Assembly (NCBI GenBank): GCA_963719505.1
Contig: CAVRCF010000004.1
Coordinates: forward strand, 220,458 to 284,457
Direction of reading: 5' to 3'
DNA length: 64,000 nt
From: Halobacteriovoraceae bacterium
GTDB lineage: Bacteria; Bdellovibrionota; Bacteriovoracia; Bacteriovoracales; Bacteriovoracaceae
The notes below the pieces were generated by a model. The model searched no databases, was not told the DNA's origin, and saw only the letters and a list, made by a program, of their open reading frames with translations. Within the stretch, counting starts at the first letter, position 1; each line of letters opens with the position of its first letter. Positions 1 through 9,960 of the stretch are shown piece by piece. Both the position numbers and the translations under genes were made by a program.

Positions 1-1
1 A

Positions 2-418
2 TTAAAAAAAACTATTTGTCATAGAATTATTGAAAAACTTGAAGCGGACCTCGTGGGGATGAGTAATGCCCAAAAAGCTGCGACACAACAGGCGCAATCA
101 GAAGACTTTAAATCTGAGAGTAAGTGGGACACAAGGGCCATTGAGGCTGGGTACCTGGCCGGTGCACAAATTAAAAGAGTCAAAGAACTCGAAATTGAGA
201 TCGCGACTTTAAGATCTTTAAAAAACTCAGTGCGACAACTTGATGAGGTCAATATAGGGGCCTTAGTTGAAGCTAGTGGAAATATCTATTTTTTGACCTC
301 CCAGTCTGGAGGCTTTAAAGTAGAAGTTAAAGGCAAGATATACTCAGTCATAAGTATTAAATCGCCTATCGCAATCAAACTTATAGAAGAAGAGATTGAA
401 ATAACTAATATAAAATAG
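2..418 (+). CDS. GreA/GreB-related protein, 5'-truncated by the window edge
   Basis: Frame is open from position 2 (LKKTICHRIIEKLEADL...). ESKWDTRAIEAGYLA resembles the ENKYDTRxLEASYLA signature of Gre-like proteins; C-terminal ISIKSPIA resembles the Gre ISxxSPxG motif. Confidence 0.65.
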   Translation, partial: LKKTICHRIIEKLEADLVGMSNAQKAATQQAQSEDFKSESKWDTRAIEAGYLAGAQIKRVKELEIEIATLRSLKNSVRQLDEVNIGALVEASGNIYFLTSQSGGFKVEVKGKIYSVISIKSPIAIKLIEEEIEITNIK

Positions 419-435
419 ATTAGGGAGAAATAACC

Positions 436-729
436 ATGAGTGAAGACGTAGAATTTGATTTTTCCAATGAAATTCAAAAGGGAAGATGGGAGCTACTAGA
501 GGATCATTACAAAAGAGAAACTGTTTTTATTGTAAAAGATCCCCTTGATCTGCAAACTGTAGGGCATTGCCTTGCTAAAGATCAAGTCAATATTCTCAAA
601 ATTTGGCTCGATAATAAAGAGGTTGTTAAGTTAGAAGAAGATTCTATTGCGCCCCTTGTTAAAAATCCAAAGGCAGAGCTATTCGATTTTTTGATCGTTC
701 AACCTTTTATTTTAATAAAGTTTCATTAA
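436..729 (+). CDS. DUF2288-family protein
   Basis: 97 aa; WELLEDH, LDLQTVG...AKD and C-terminal LIVQPFIL pattern; GGAGA RBS. Confidence 0.7.
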   Translation: MSEDVEFDFSNEIQKGRWELLEDHYKRETVFIVKDPLDLQTVGHCLAKDQVNILKIWLDNKEVVKLEEDSIAPLVKNPKAELFDFLIVQPFILIKFH

Positions 730-859
730 CTTAGAGACTATAAGTCATTTTGGCTCCTTGCGATGCGACAAAATGTAAGTCTTCTAGACTTTACACACTA
801 GCTCCTACGTCATAAATATACCTGATTAGAATACTCATTCAAAGCACTAGGAGGCTAGT

Positions 860-3800
860 TTGATTAAGTTAACCGGTATTATTTTTGCCCTCATTTTTAT
901 TGTTAGTTGTGGAGGAGATGAAAGCTCTAAAACAAAGCTTGCAAAGGGAGGAAATGTTCAAGATATCAATGATACCCAAAGTGTTATTGAATCTCTCCAA
1001 GAAGAAGTTAAAACTCAAATTGTACAGCTTGAAAGATATCCCTCATTAACACTTATTCTTATGCCAAAGGGTGAACTTCAAGATTCAATCGAAAAGCTTA
1101 TTGCTGGTGGCGGAGAGTTAATTTACGATCCTAATAATGGCGCTTCAAATACAATCCCATTTTTTATAGCAACGCTGACTCCAGAACAAATCAATGACAC
1201 CAAATTCATGAAGAGTCTTAATTTAAAAGCGGCTTCCATTGAATCTCAAAAAAGTGAAGTAAAGCCAATAGAGACAAAAATTATCTCTGGTAATATCTCT
1301 CCTGAAAACTTCATTCCAACGCAAAGTGTTCAAATCTCTGAACTCGTTAGTGATGAATTCAAAAGAAATGAGCTAGGTGAAGGAATCACAGTTGCAGTTA
1401 TCGATACCGGTATTGATGCTAGCCATCCAGGTTTTAATGGGAGAGTTGATTATTGGTATGATGCTTCTGAAGAGGTTCAGGTTGAACTAAAACCTGTTAA
1501 ATTAACGGCAGAAGGTGAAGTTACTGTCGATAATAGTACTTTCAAAGCTCCTGTTGGAATCGCCAAAGGTGAGCTTTATGCAGCCGTTATGGATGAAAAA
1601 GATTTGTCAGCTCAACTCTCAGCTGACGGAAAAAACTCAACTCCTTACATGGATATAAACTTTTCAGAAAGTAGCTCGAAATTTTTAGTCATGGCTGTAA
1701 AGACAAAAGAAAAAACTTTGGTCTATTTTGATGCAGATGCAGATCTTGCTTTCAATAAAAAAGAATCGATTGCTCTGATCGACTATAATAAAACAACGAT
1801 AAAAAATAGAAATGATGCAATGGTTGAGTTTCCTTCAAGAAATTCAATCGTAAAATATCCTGTTCTTATTCAATCAAAAGAGAATTCTTTAATTGTTGGG
1901 CTTGGTAAAACAGGTGGAATGCATGGGACTCACGTTGCTGGAATTATCGCAGCAAATGACCCTTCAAATAATTTAGTTGGAGTGGCTCCAAAAGCAAAAC
2001 TTATGGCCTTAAAGGTTTGTACAGCAATCTCTTGTACAGATTCAGCAATTATAAAAGCCCTCTATAAAAGTTTTTACAACGACAAAGGCCTTATCCCTGA
2101 CGTTGTGAATATCTCTCTGGGCTCCCATGAAAAGTATAAAAAGGGAATCTATTCGTATATCCTTGATGATCTCTCAGCAAAGTTTGGAACAATCTTTTTT
2201 GTTTCAGCCTCAAACTCAGGTCCCGGATTTAGATCTTTAAATCATATCGGTAATACAGGTGCCGTTGTGACTGTTGGGGCAAATGTCTCTAAAAAAACAT
2301 TAGATGATCAATACAATCTTCCTTCAAGTGCCCAAGTGAATGATGAAAATCTTCTTTTCTTCAGCTCACTAGGACCAAGTTATACCTCTGAGATGAAGCC
2401 CAACATAATCGCTCCTGGAGCTGCTATATCGACGGTTCTGACTGCCGAAGGATACCTTTCTCAGGCCAATGGGACGAGTATGTCTTCTCCACTAGCAGCA
2501 GGAACAATGGCCGCAATTTTAAGTAGTCTTAAAAAAGAAGATCAGTCTCTTTTTGATATCATCGATTCACAAAGAAAGATTAATCTTGCTCGCTCAAACG
2601 TTTCTGAAAAAACACTTCTTCCGTATGTTTTTGGAATGAGAGATGCTCTTCAAGTAACGGCAACAGAACTTCCTGACTTAACAGCGGCTCAACAGGGTTA
2701 TGGATTAATATCAGCTGGTAAAGCAAGAGGTGAACTTTTAAAAATACTAACCGAACTCAATGATAATAGCAGAGACTACTTTGAAGTTGTTCTCAATAAT
2801 TACGCAAAGACATACGAGAGAGAAAGCATCTCAAAGGTAGTGAAGTTTGGATTAACGCCAGGTTTTGATGGAGAGAGACCTTTAAGGGATCTTGCTCCAA
2901 TTCTTGCTGGAGGTGTTGACGTTAAACTTTTTAAAGTTGAGACAATTGATTTTAAAGGAAAAGTTTCAAAGCTAAATGATGAAAAGATGCTTAAGTTCTT
3001 CTCCATTGTCGACCAAGGTAGCAAAGAGACAAAACTGACCCAAACACATGTTCGTTTCAGTAATGGCAGAACTAATGCTTTTTATTCAAGAAGGCACCTC
3101 AAGGCGATGAAAAAGGGAATGAGCTATATGGCCCACTATCAAATCATGCACAAAGGTGTCGTTGTTCAGAATATTCTGGATACGGTTCATATGGGTTACG
3201 AGTTGGAAAAAATAGAGGCTGATGTTCCTTCTATAGATCCAAGCATCAGTAACGTAAATTCAGGTTTTTTCAAAAAAAATGTAAAGATTGGAACAAATAC
3301 TTTTCATCGTTATCCGGTTGTTATTGATGATTCAGTTCAGTCGATAAATGTCAAAATTGCGATCGATAGATCTTCTGAAGGACTTCTCTATGTTCAACTT
3401 TATAATCCAATGGGCAAAGAGGTCGCTTTTCAATATGCAATGAATAACCCAATAAATGGATATAGCCAGGGAGACTTTGATGTCTCAACGATTGTGAAAG
3501 ACAAAGTTTTAGCGGGAGTTTGGGAACTAACTATTTCGACAAGTTCTTCAACGTGGATGGCAAACTCTCAATATGACCTTTTAGTTTCCACAAATGTTTT
3601 TGGTGCTATTAAGTCTTCTTACGATCTAAAAAAAGATGAGCAATTAAATGTTCCAATTTCTTTAGATGGAGAGTCGATCTCAAAAGTTTTAGTTCACGAG
3701 TTGATGGAGGTTGAAAAAGCAGAAGTTGAAGTTAAAAGTGGATTCTATAGTTTTTATCCTCTATCTCTTGATAAGGACTCACTTACAGTTTCTCTTAAAG

Positions 3801-4264
3801 ATGATGAGTCTGGCTTTTGGGGGAATTTGAGAGCGGTTCTTTTTAAGAAGGAAGATGGAGTCTTTAAAGCTTTTAAAGAAGGGTATAAGGTTAATTCCGG
3901 TGCTGAAGGTACAACTTTTTCAGGTTTGAAAAATCTCAAAGGTGAAGTTTTTATTGGTATTGATACTATTACAAATTATGCCGTGGAATCAATTAACTCG
4001 ACGGCAAAGAAAGTTGTCGTGGAATTTGTTTCAAAGTCTGAAGACAAAATCGATATCGATCATAAAATTAACTCATTTGTGGCCAATGATATCTCTGTTG
4101 TCCAGTTTGATCTGAAAACAGATCTGCCTCAAGGTAAGCATCTTCGCTCAAAGGTATCTATTTTTACAGGTCGTGTGTCTACGATTACTGACAGCCAAGG
4201 GAATATCTTGACGACCATGGAGCCAAAATCAAAATCAGATAGTTTTATTTTAAATATTAAATAG
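860..4264 (+). CDS. Large S8 (subtilisin) serine protease lipoprotein, tripeptidyl-peptidase II-like
   Basis: Lipobox IVSC; catalytic motifs VAVIDTGID, HGTHVAGIIA, NGTSMSSP; long insertion between the Asp and His motifs; GGAGG RBS before TTG. Confidence 0.9.
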   Translation: MIKLTGIIFALIFIVSCGGDESSKTKLAKGGNVQDINDTQSVIESLQEEVKTQIVQLERYPSLTLILMPKGELQDSIEKLIAGGGELIYDPNNGASNTIPFFIATLTPEQINDTKFMKSLNLKAASIESQKSEVKPIETKIISGNISPENFIPTQSVQISELVSDEFKRNELGEGITVAVIDTGIDASHPGFNGRVDYWYDASEEVQVELKPVKLTAEGEVTVDNSTFKAPVGIAKGELYAAVMDEKDLSAQLSADGKNSTPYMDINFSESSSKFLVMAVKTKEKTLVYFDADADLAFNKKESIALIDYNKTTIKNRNDAMVEFPSRNSIVKYPVLIQSKENSLIVGLGKTGGMHGTHVAGIIAANDPSNNLVGVAPKAKLMALKVCTAISCTDSAIIKALYKSFYNDKGLIPDVVNISLGSHEKYKKGIYSYILDDLSAKFGTIFFVSASNSGPGFRSLNHIGNTGAVVTVGANVSKKTLDDQYNLPSSAQVNDENLLFFSSLGPSYTSEMKPNIIAPGAAISTVLTAEGYLSQANGTSMSSPLAAGTMAAILSSLKKEDQSLFDIIDSQRKINLARSNVSEKTLLPYVFGMRDALQVTATELPDLTAAQQGYGLISAGKARGELLKILTELNDNSRDYFEVVLNNYAKTYERESISKVVKFGLTPGFDGERPLRDLAPILAGGVDVKLFKVETIDFKGKVSKLNDEKMLKFFSIVDQGSKETKLTQTHVRFSNGRTNAFYSRRHLKAMKKGMSYMAHYQIMHKGVVVQNILDTVHMGYELEKIEADVPSIDPSISNVNSGFFKKNVKIGTNTFHRYPVVIDDSVQSINVKIAIDRSSEGLLYVQLYNPMGKEVAFQYAMNNPINGYSQGDFDVSTIVKDKVLAGVWELTISTSSSTWMANSQYDLLVSTNVFGAIKSSYDLKKDEQLNVPISLDGESISKVLVHELMEVEKAEVEVKSGFYSFYPLSLDKDSLTVSLKDDESGFWGNLRAVLFKKEDGVFKAFKEGYKVNSGAEGTTFSGLKNLKGEVFIGIDTITNYAVESINSTAKKVVVEFVSKSEDKIDIDHKINSFVANDISVVQFDLKTDLPQGKHLRSKVSIFTGRVSTITDSQGNILTTMEPKSKSDSFILNIK

Positions 4265-4273
4265 TTTTTTTTT

Positions 4274-4301
4274 TAGCGGCACTTTTAATTAAGTGTCGCT
4301 A
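4274..4301. terminator. Stem-loop between convergent genes
   Basis: TAGCGGCACTT-ttaatt-AAGTGTCGCTA, 11-bp stem with one G-T pair. Confidence 0.6.
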
Positions 4302-4994
4302 CATTTTTCTCAAGTCGATATAGCTTCCGCTTTCAACGCGAAGGATAGCTTCTAGATTCTCATCAAATTTCTTGGCAAACTCAGCCGGCGTTGGCATATC
4401 TTTAGTACCGCGTGCCTCTTTCAATCTTTTCATATTGGAAAAACGTTGAGCTTTCTCGTCTTCGCACAGAACTTCTTGCATGGGGGTATCGACAAGGCCT
4501 GGGGCAAATGCTGTGAATTGAATGTCTCTATATTCATCGGCGTACAGCTGAAAAAGCATATTAAAAGCCGCTTTACTCAAACAGTAGCCACTCCAGCCGG
4601 TGTTGCCCTTAATCGCTTTGCCTGAAGATATACCTATTATCTTTTTAGTTGTTGTCGTTGCAATGAGAATATCTAAAATTTGTTTTTGTGCCCATAGATT
4701 TACATCCATTGTATGGCGTAAATCATCAAGCTTAGAATTTTCCATCGTTGAAATTTCACCTAGGATACCTGCATTTAAAATGGCCAAGTCTAACTCTTTA
4801 GGTAAAAAACCGTTGAGACTTTCAAGGTCTTCATTTTTGGATATATCAATTTGAGTGTGATGGATATTTTTGTGAGTATAGGGGAGTTCTCTTCTTGAGA
4901 TTCCGTAAACCTGAACACCCTTGTCAGCAAAATGCTTGGCCAAGCCTTGACCTGCACCGCTACTGATTCCGGTAATAAAAATATTTTTCATCAT
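4299..4994 (-). CDS. Short-chain dehydrogenase/reductase (sepiapterin/benzil reductase-like)
   Basis: TGISSGAG, NAG, YCLSK (YxxxK), PGLVDTPMQ. Confidence 0.9.
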   Translation of the reverse strand: MMKNIFITGISSGAGQGLAKHFADKGVQVYGISRRELPYTHKNIHHTQIDISKNEDLESLNGFLPKELDLAILNAGILGEISTMENSKLDDLRHTMDVNLWAQKQILDILIATTTTKKIIGISSGKAIKGNTGWSGYCLSKAAFNMLFQLYADEYRDIQFTAFAPGLVDTPMQEVLCEDEKAQRFSNMKRLKEARGTKDMPTPAEFAKKFDENLEAILRVESGSYIDLRKM

Positions 4995-5734
4995 TATTCC
5001 TCATCATCCATTAGGTCATCAGTAGGTCTTTCAACTTTATGAAAATTTATTTTTTCAACCCTAATACCTTCTTTTATTTTTAGCGAGATTCTCTCCATCG
5101 CTCTTGGATGGGCCGTAAGGTAGACGTGGAGAATTTTTCTATTTTTTCCTTGGTCAACGACCTCTTCATACATTTCATCGAGCTCAATTGCTTCTTTAAA
5201 AATACATTCGCTTGCAGTTCTTTTTGCACTTCCTCGTGAAAGAACCTCCAAATGATAGTACTTATTGGCTTTGACATTTTCGATAATATTATTGATTGGC
5301 TTTAACATTCTTAAAACAACTAATACGGTCAATGAGAAGATGGTTGCAGCGAACGGATAACCTGCTCCAATAGTGTAACCAATAGCAGCGACGACCCAAA
5401 TGGTTGCAGCTGTCGTTAATCCTATAACATTACCACGACCCTGGATGATAGCTCCTGCTCCAAGAAAACCGATACCACTAACAATCTGAGCTGCAACTCT
5501 ATTTGGGTCAACCATACCAGATGCATTTTTTGCTACTATCATAGATATCGTCGTGTACAGGCATGCCCCAATACAGATAAGAATATTTGTCTTCAATCCG
5601 GCCGCTTTCATCTTTTGTTCTCTATCTAGTCCTACCAGTCCACCCAAGATGAGTGCTGTTAAGACCTGAATACCGATCCCGACATAGATGTTGACTTGAC
5701 CGATGAGCTCTAAATTCATTTTTTCTACAAACAT
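4994..5734 (-). CDS. MgtC/SapB family membrane protein
   Basis: GLDRE...AGLKT, DPNRVAAQIVSGIGFLGAG, GLTTAATIW; AGGAGA RBS favours a start at 5734 rather than 5776. Confidence 0.92.
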   Translation of the reverse strand: MFVEKMNLELIGQVNIYVGIGIQVLTALILGGLVGLDREQKMKAAGLKTNILICIGACLYTTISMIVAKNASGMVDPNRVAAQIVSGIGFLGAGAIIQGRGNVIGLTTAATIWVVAAIGYTIGAGYPFAATIFSLTVLVVLRMLKPINNIIENVKANKYYHLEVLSRGSAKRTASECIFKEAIELDEMYEEVVDQGKNRKILHVYLTAHPRAMERISLKIKEGIRVEKINFHKVERPTDDLMDDEE

Positions 5735-5938
5735 TTTTTCTCCTAATGCGTTTATTATAACAAATTTGCTCGGCAAAAAAAATGAGGTAAATATTCGTTT
5801 TTACTGATTTTGAAACGAAATGTTCCAAAATTGCCCCAAATCATATTAATTTAGTCCACAACCAGGGTATCTTTTACAACTTTGCTATCACCAAATAGAA
5901 GCAAGGTGTAGAAAACTAAAAAAAACAAGGAGCTTTCG

Positions 5939-6421
5939 TTGAGAAAAATATTTCTAAGCGCTTTAATTTTTACACTGAGTTTTGCAGCTTTTGCAAAAGC
6001 TGATCTCGCTGAGGTTCGTTGTTCAGTTGAACTTCAAAGCGAGGGAATTTTAGGTCCAATGATACAGAGAAAAGAGCTCGTGAAAACGGTAAAAATTAGA
6101 AAAGCTCTTTTTAACGAAAATAAGCAAAGCGTAAAAATTGCTGAGATCGTAGAGTTTGATCGATCTTACTCGGTTAAGGTTGAGCTAAAAGAAACTTTAA
6201 ATGTTGAACTCGGTTCATCTTTGCTTGAGGTTCAAGGGACTTTACTCCGACATAGAGTTGGTAATGGAAAAATAGTTTTAGGTGAAAATTTTCAATCTTT
6301 TGACTCTGAGTCTTTTAGATTTTCGAATAATATTAATATAGCAGTAATGAATGATTATTTTAATATAACTAATGAATCCAGTGTTGTTAAAGGGGCATTC
6401 ATAGAATGTTCTACTCTTTAA
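5939..6421 (+). CDS. Hypothetical secreted protein
   Basis: Signal peptide ending AAFA; AAGGAG RBS; downstream terminator. Confidence 0.75.
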   Translation: MRKIFLSALIFTLSFAAFAKADLAEVRCSVELQSEGILGPMIQRKELVKTVKIRKALFNENKQSVKIAEIVEFDRSYSVKVELKETLNVELGSSLLEVQGTLLRHRVGNGKIVLGENFQSFDSESFRFSNNINIAVMNDYFNITNESSVVKGAFIECSTL

Positions 6422-6441
6422 CCTCTCTCAATTGTGTTGTG

Positions 6442-6475
6442 GCCCCGCAGGTCGTTCTGCGGGGCTCTTTTTTTT
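6442..6475 (+). terminator. Rho-independent terminator
   Basis: GCCCCGCAG-gtcgtt-CTGCGGGGC followed by a T-run. Confidence 0.8.
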
Positions 6476-7700
6476 AAGCATCAATCCCATGTTTCTTAGC
6501 AATTTTATCAAAGTAGTGCATAACTTTTTTTGCATTGACTCTTTTTTCGACGTAAGTTCCCGGAAAGAAACTTTTCTTAAAACCATAGGCAACAATATCT
6601 TTTAACCTTTTTATCGGTATATCAAAATTATCGACGGCCAAGCGGTATTCATCTGTGACAGTTGTGTTCGAGACAAGCCTGTTGTCAGTGCATATTGTTG
6701 TTGCCATCCTATTTTCCAACATATCTTTAAACTTATGTTCTTTGATATTTTTCAAATCTGGATTTGTTTGCATATTACTTGTAAGACAGACTTCTATCAC
6801 TGTTCTTTTGTCTGCAATAAACGAGGCAAGATTATCAATATATTCTTTTTTATTTGTGATCTCAGGATCGACAATAAGTTCGGGAATAAAGAGTGAATAG
6901 CCATGACCTATTCTATCTGCATAACAGTCGGTGATGGCTTGAAAGATACTTTCTGCTCCATAAGCCTCTCCGGCGTGAACCGTTTTGTGCATAAAGTGCT
7001 TGTGAGCGTATTCGTAGGCTTCTTTGAATTTACTTGGGGGATAACCTTCTTCTTGTCCGGCCAGATCAATTCCAACGATAGGCAGACCTAATTCATCTCG
7101 CAGTTTTACGCTTGAGCGGGCAAGTTCCATTGAAGCCAGTTGTATTACCTGCATAGGCTTAAAATATTTCATAACATTGAACAGGCTTGTGTAGTAGGGA
7201 GAGAAGCCATTTGGCCCAAACATTCTCATCGCACAAGAGATAATCCCATAATGAAATTGGGGTTTTCCTTCAATCTTAACTTGATCTGAATTATTGTATT
7301 CTTTTTGCGCCCTCTCAAGTCCTTTGTTGGCGGCAATGAGAACTTGATCCATCCCAAGACCAATTGAGGTGTTCATGAGAAGTTGAGGAGCGAAGCGAAC
7401 CTCTATGTAATTGACGTTCTCAGCAATATTATCCAAAGCTAACTCGTAGCTTGCTTGCTCAATATTTTCAGCATTTCTTAAAACACCACAGGTATACTTA
7501 AAACCTTCTAGATATTCGCCCAAGTTAGCATAAGAAGATTTAAAAACCTTCTCTCTCAAACCATCTTCGCTATAAGCTGGTAAATCAATCTTCATTCTTT
7601 TTGCCATCTCAATCATACTTTTTATTCTTAGAGATCCATCGAGGTGAAGGTGGAGGTCTGACTTGGGAATTTCTCGTAAAAAGTCTGTTGTGTATTGCAT
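6474..7700 (-). CDS. add: Adenosine deaminase family protein
   Basis: PKSDLHLHLDGS, EVRFAP, DLAGQE, TVHAGE, RIGHG, EVCLTSN, CTDN motifs. Confidence 0.9.
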   Translation of the reverse strand: MQYTTDFLREIPKSDLHLHLDGSLRIKSMIEMAKRMKIDLPAYSEDGLREKVFKSSYANLGEYLEGFKYTCGVLRNAENIEQASYELALDNIAENVNYIEVRFAPQLLMNTSIGLGMDQVLIAANKGLERAQKEYNNSDQVKIEGKPQFHYGIISCAMRMFGPNGFSPYYTSLFNVMKYFKPMQVIQLASMELARSSVKLRDELGLPIVGIDLAGQEEGYPPSKFKEAYEYAHKHFMHKTVHAGEAYGAESIFQAITDCYADRIGHGYSLFIPELIVDPEITNKKEYIDNLASFIADKRTVIEVCLTSNMQTNPDLKNIKEHKFKDMLENRMATTICTDNRLVSNTTVTDEYRLAVDNFDIPIKRLKDIVAYGFKKSFFPGTYVEKRVNAKKVMHYFDKIAKKHGIDA

Positions 7701-7786
7701 AATTTTTCCTTGTGAATTTATTTATTTTTGCATATACAAGGTCATTGCACAATTAGATTAGTAACGAACTCCACTTGAGCATAGAT

Positions 7787-8500
7787 ATGGAAAATAAAAA
7801 GTTTAGACAAAGACTTCTTTGTCACCTTAAAGGCGTGAATTTAAATTATAAAGAGCTTCAAGATTTTAGCTCATACTTTGACAAGACGCTTGGTTTTGAA
7901 ATTGAAAAAATTGAGAACAAACTCGTTAAAAAAGCTAAAGAGCTCTATCCTGGGGGTTGTTCAAGATCCTGGGGCAAATCTCTCTATCGTGGCAGTCAAA
8001 CATGGATCGGTCTAGATCCAGATCAATTACAGACAACTTATTGTGAGTTTTACGAAGCCATAAGTGTTTTGGAACCTAAACCTCGTGAAGTCTTTTGTGA
8101 TCTGGGGGCTGGCTATGGCAGACTTGGGATATTGATAGGACTTCTTTTTGAAAAGATAAACTTTGTGGGACTTGAAATTGTGAAAGAGAGAGTTGAAGAG
8201 GGTGCTCGCATTTATCAACAGCTTGATCTAGAGAATGTTAAGTTGTATTGCGAGCCCTTGGTCGCTGGAAAAATTGCAAAAGCCGATTATTATTTTATTT
8301 ACGATTTTGGAACTGTTGTTGAAATAGATGATGTCTTAAATAAGTTATCTAAATACGTTAAATATGGAACCATCAAAATTATAGCAAGGGGCAGAGGGGT
8401 GAGAACTTTGATCAATAATAAACATCCCTGGTTGAGTGATATTTATCAAAGTTTTGAAAACTCTTTTGTGATCTATTCTTCTGGTCCAAAATGTGCTTGA
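7787..8500 (+). CDS. Class I SAM-dependent methyltransferase (DOT1-like motif layout)
   Basis: FCDLGAGYGR (motif I) and GLEI (motif II). Confidence 0.75.
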   Translation: MENKKFRQRLLCHLKGVNLNYKELQDFSSYFDKTLGFEIEKIENKLVKKAKELYPGGCSRSWGKSLYRGSQTWIGLDPDQLQTTYCEFYEAISVLEPKPREVFCDLGAGYGRLGILIGLLFEKINFVGLEIVKERVEEGARIYQQLDLENVKLYCEPLVAGKIAKADYYFIYDFGTVVEIDDVLNKLSKYVKYGTIKIIARGRGVRTLINNKHPWLSDIYQSFENSFVIYSSGPKCA

Positions 8501-9003
8501 AATTCACTTTCGGTGAGGGCGTTTAGTTTCTTTTCGTTGGCCAAACTTATTTCTGTTGCCTGTTCAGGTGACAGATCGAGATCAGTAATACTTTGGACTT
8601 TTAAAAGATGGACAAGAGGATGAGGGGATCTGTTGACATAATTGGCTTTATCGTCGTGTTCTAGATTTTCAAAACAAAATTCAGGATGGAACCCCACCAC
8701 TTGAATGTCAGTTCCAAAACCAGCTTCTTCGAGGTTGTCATTGAGAGCACCGATAAAGTTATTAAAGTCAAAAAAATCACCGACAAAGTTGGGTGCGACT
8801 AAGAGAGTCGTTTCAAAAGTATCGAGCCTAATGAGGGAGTCGACTTCTTGAATGAACTCTTCGTAGAGATCTTCCAAATCGCTTGTTTCACAAATGTTAA
8901 GCTTTATCTTCTTGTTCTCAAATGGACTCTTCGCGTAAGGACACAGATCAAGCCCAATTATAGTCTTTTCTAACCAATCATTTATTATCTGTTCATAATT
9001 CAT
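8473..9003 (-). CDS. DUF1415-family protein
   Basis: WLEKTIIGLDLCPYA, ETTLLV, QVVGFHP, NYVNRSPHP. Confidence 0.88.
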   Translation of the reverse strand: MNYEQIINDWLEKTIIGLDLCPYAKSPFENKKIKLNICETSDLEDLYEEFIQEVDSLIRLDTFETTLLVAPNFVGDFFDFNNFIGALNDNLEEAGFGTDIQVVGFHPEFCFENLEHDDKANYVNRSPHPLVHLLKVQSITDLDLSPEQATEISLANEKKLNALTESEFQAHFGPEE

Positions 9004-9067
9004 GCTTATATCTTTACAGTTTTATTATACGAAGTCACAATAATTAAAACATTAATTAGGAGACCTT

Positions 9068-9952
9068 ATGACTTATTCTTTTAAAACCTCTTTGGTTCTG
9101 TTCTTGACCTTAGCTTTTATCTTTACTGGATGTGCATCAAACCGAACTTCAGGTTTCTTTAAATCAGGTGATAAAGTTTCTTTGTCTAATGAAGAAACAA
9201 AATCTCTCAAAAGCAAAGCTTTAGTCCTATGGAATAAAAGGCATGAAAAAGAGAGCCTCGAAAAAGCGATAGAAGCCTATCAAAAATTAGCGAACTCAAC
9301 AGAAAATAATTACGAATATCTATCTCGTTTGTCGAGAGCTCATTATTTTCTTGCAGATGCTCATTATGATGAAATGGAAAAAAAGAAAAAATATTGGGAG
9401 ATGGGAACAAGCTTTGGAGAAAAAGCGATGGCGACCAACTCTAAGTTTAAAGAGGCAATGGCAAAAGAAGGAGCAAAGGTTGAAGATCATTTAGATATCC
9501 TGGGTGCCGAAGAGATCGCAGCTATGTACTGGACAGCTTCAAACCTTGGGAAGTGGGCCAAAAACTCTGGAATTGCAACGACTTTAAAATACAAAACATT
9601 AATTAAAGCCCTTATCTCTAAAGTAGAGAGCTTAGATAGAACTTTCTTTTACTATGCACCTGATCGCTATTGGGGAGCCTTCTTTGCCATTGCTCCAGGA
9701 TTTGCTGGTGGAGATATGGATAAGAGTAAAAAGAGATTTGAAAGAAATCTTAAAGAGGCACCAAGTTACCTAGGAACAAAGGTTCTTTTTGCAGACTACT
9801 ATATGGTAAAAGAAGAAGATAAAGAGTCATTTAAAAGACTTTTAAATGAAGTTATCAATTCAAATGTAAATGATCCTAAGATTTTTTCAGAAAACTTTAT
9901 TGAAAAAATGAAAGCTAGGAAACTATTGAAAAATATGGATGAAATCTTTTAG
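9068..9952 (+). CDS. TatT-like TPR lipoprotein of a TRAP (TPAT) transporter
   Basis: Lipobox FTGC; helical TPR-like repeats; APGFAGGD motif; directly upstream of dctPQM. Confidence 0.75.
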   Translation: MTYSFKTSLVLFLTLAFIFTGCASNRTSGFFKSGDKVSLSNEETKSLKSKALVLWNKRHEKESLEKAIEAYQKLANSTENNYEYLSRLSRAHYFLADAHYDEMEKKKKYWEMGTSFGEKAMATNSKFKEAMAKEGAKVEDHLDILGAEEIAAMYWTASNLGKWAKNSGIATTLKYKTLIKALISKVESLDRTFFYYAPDRYWGAFFAIAPGFAGGDMDKSKKRFERNLKEAPSYLGTKVLFADYYMVKEEDKESFKRLLNEVINSNVNDPKIFSENFIEKMKARKLLKNMDEIF

Positions 9953-9960
9953 GAGAAATA

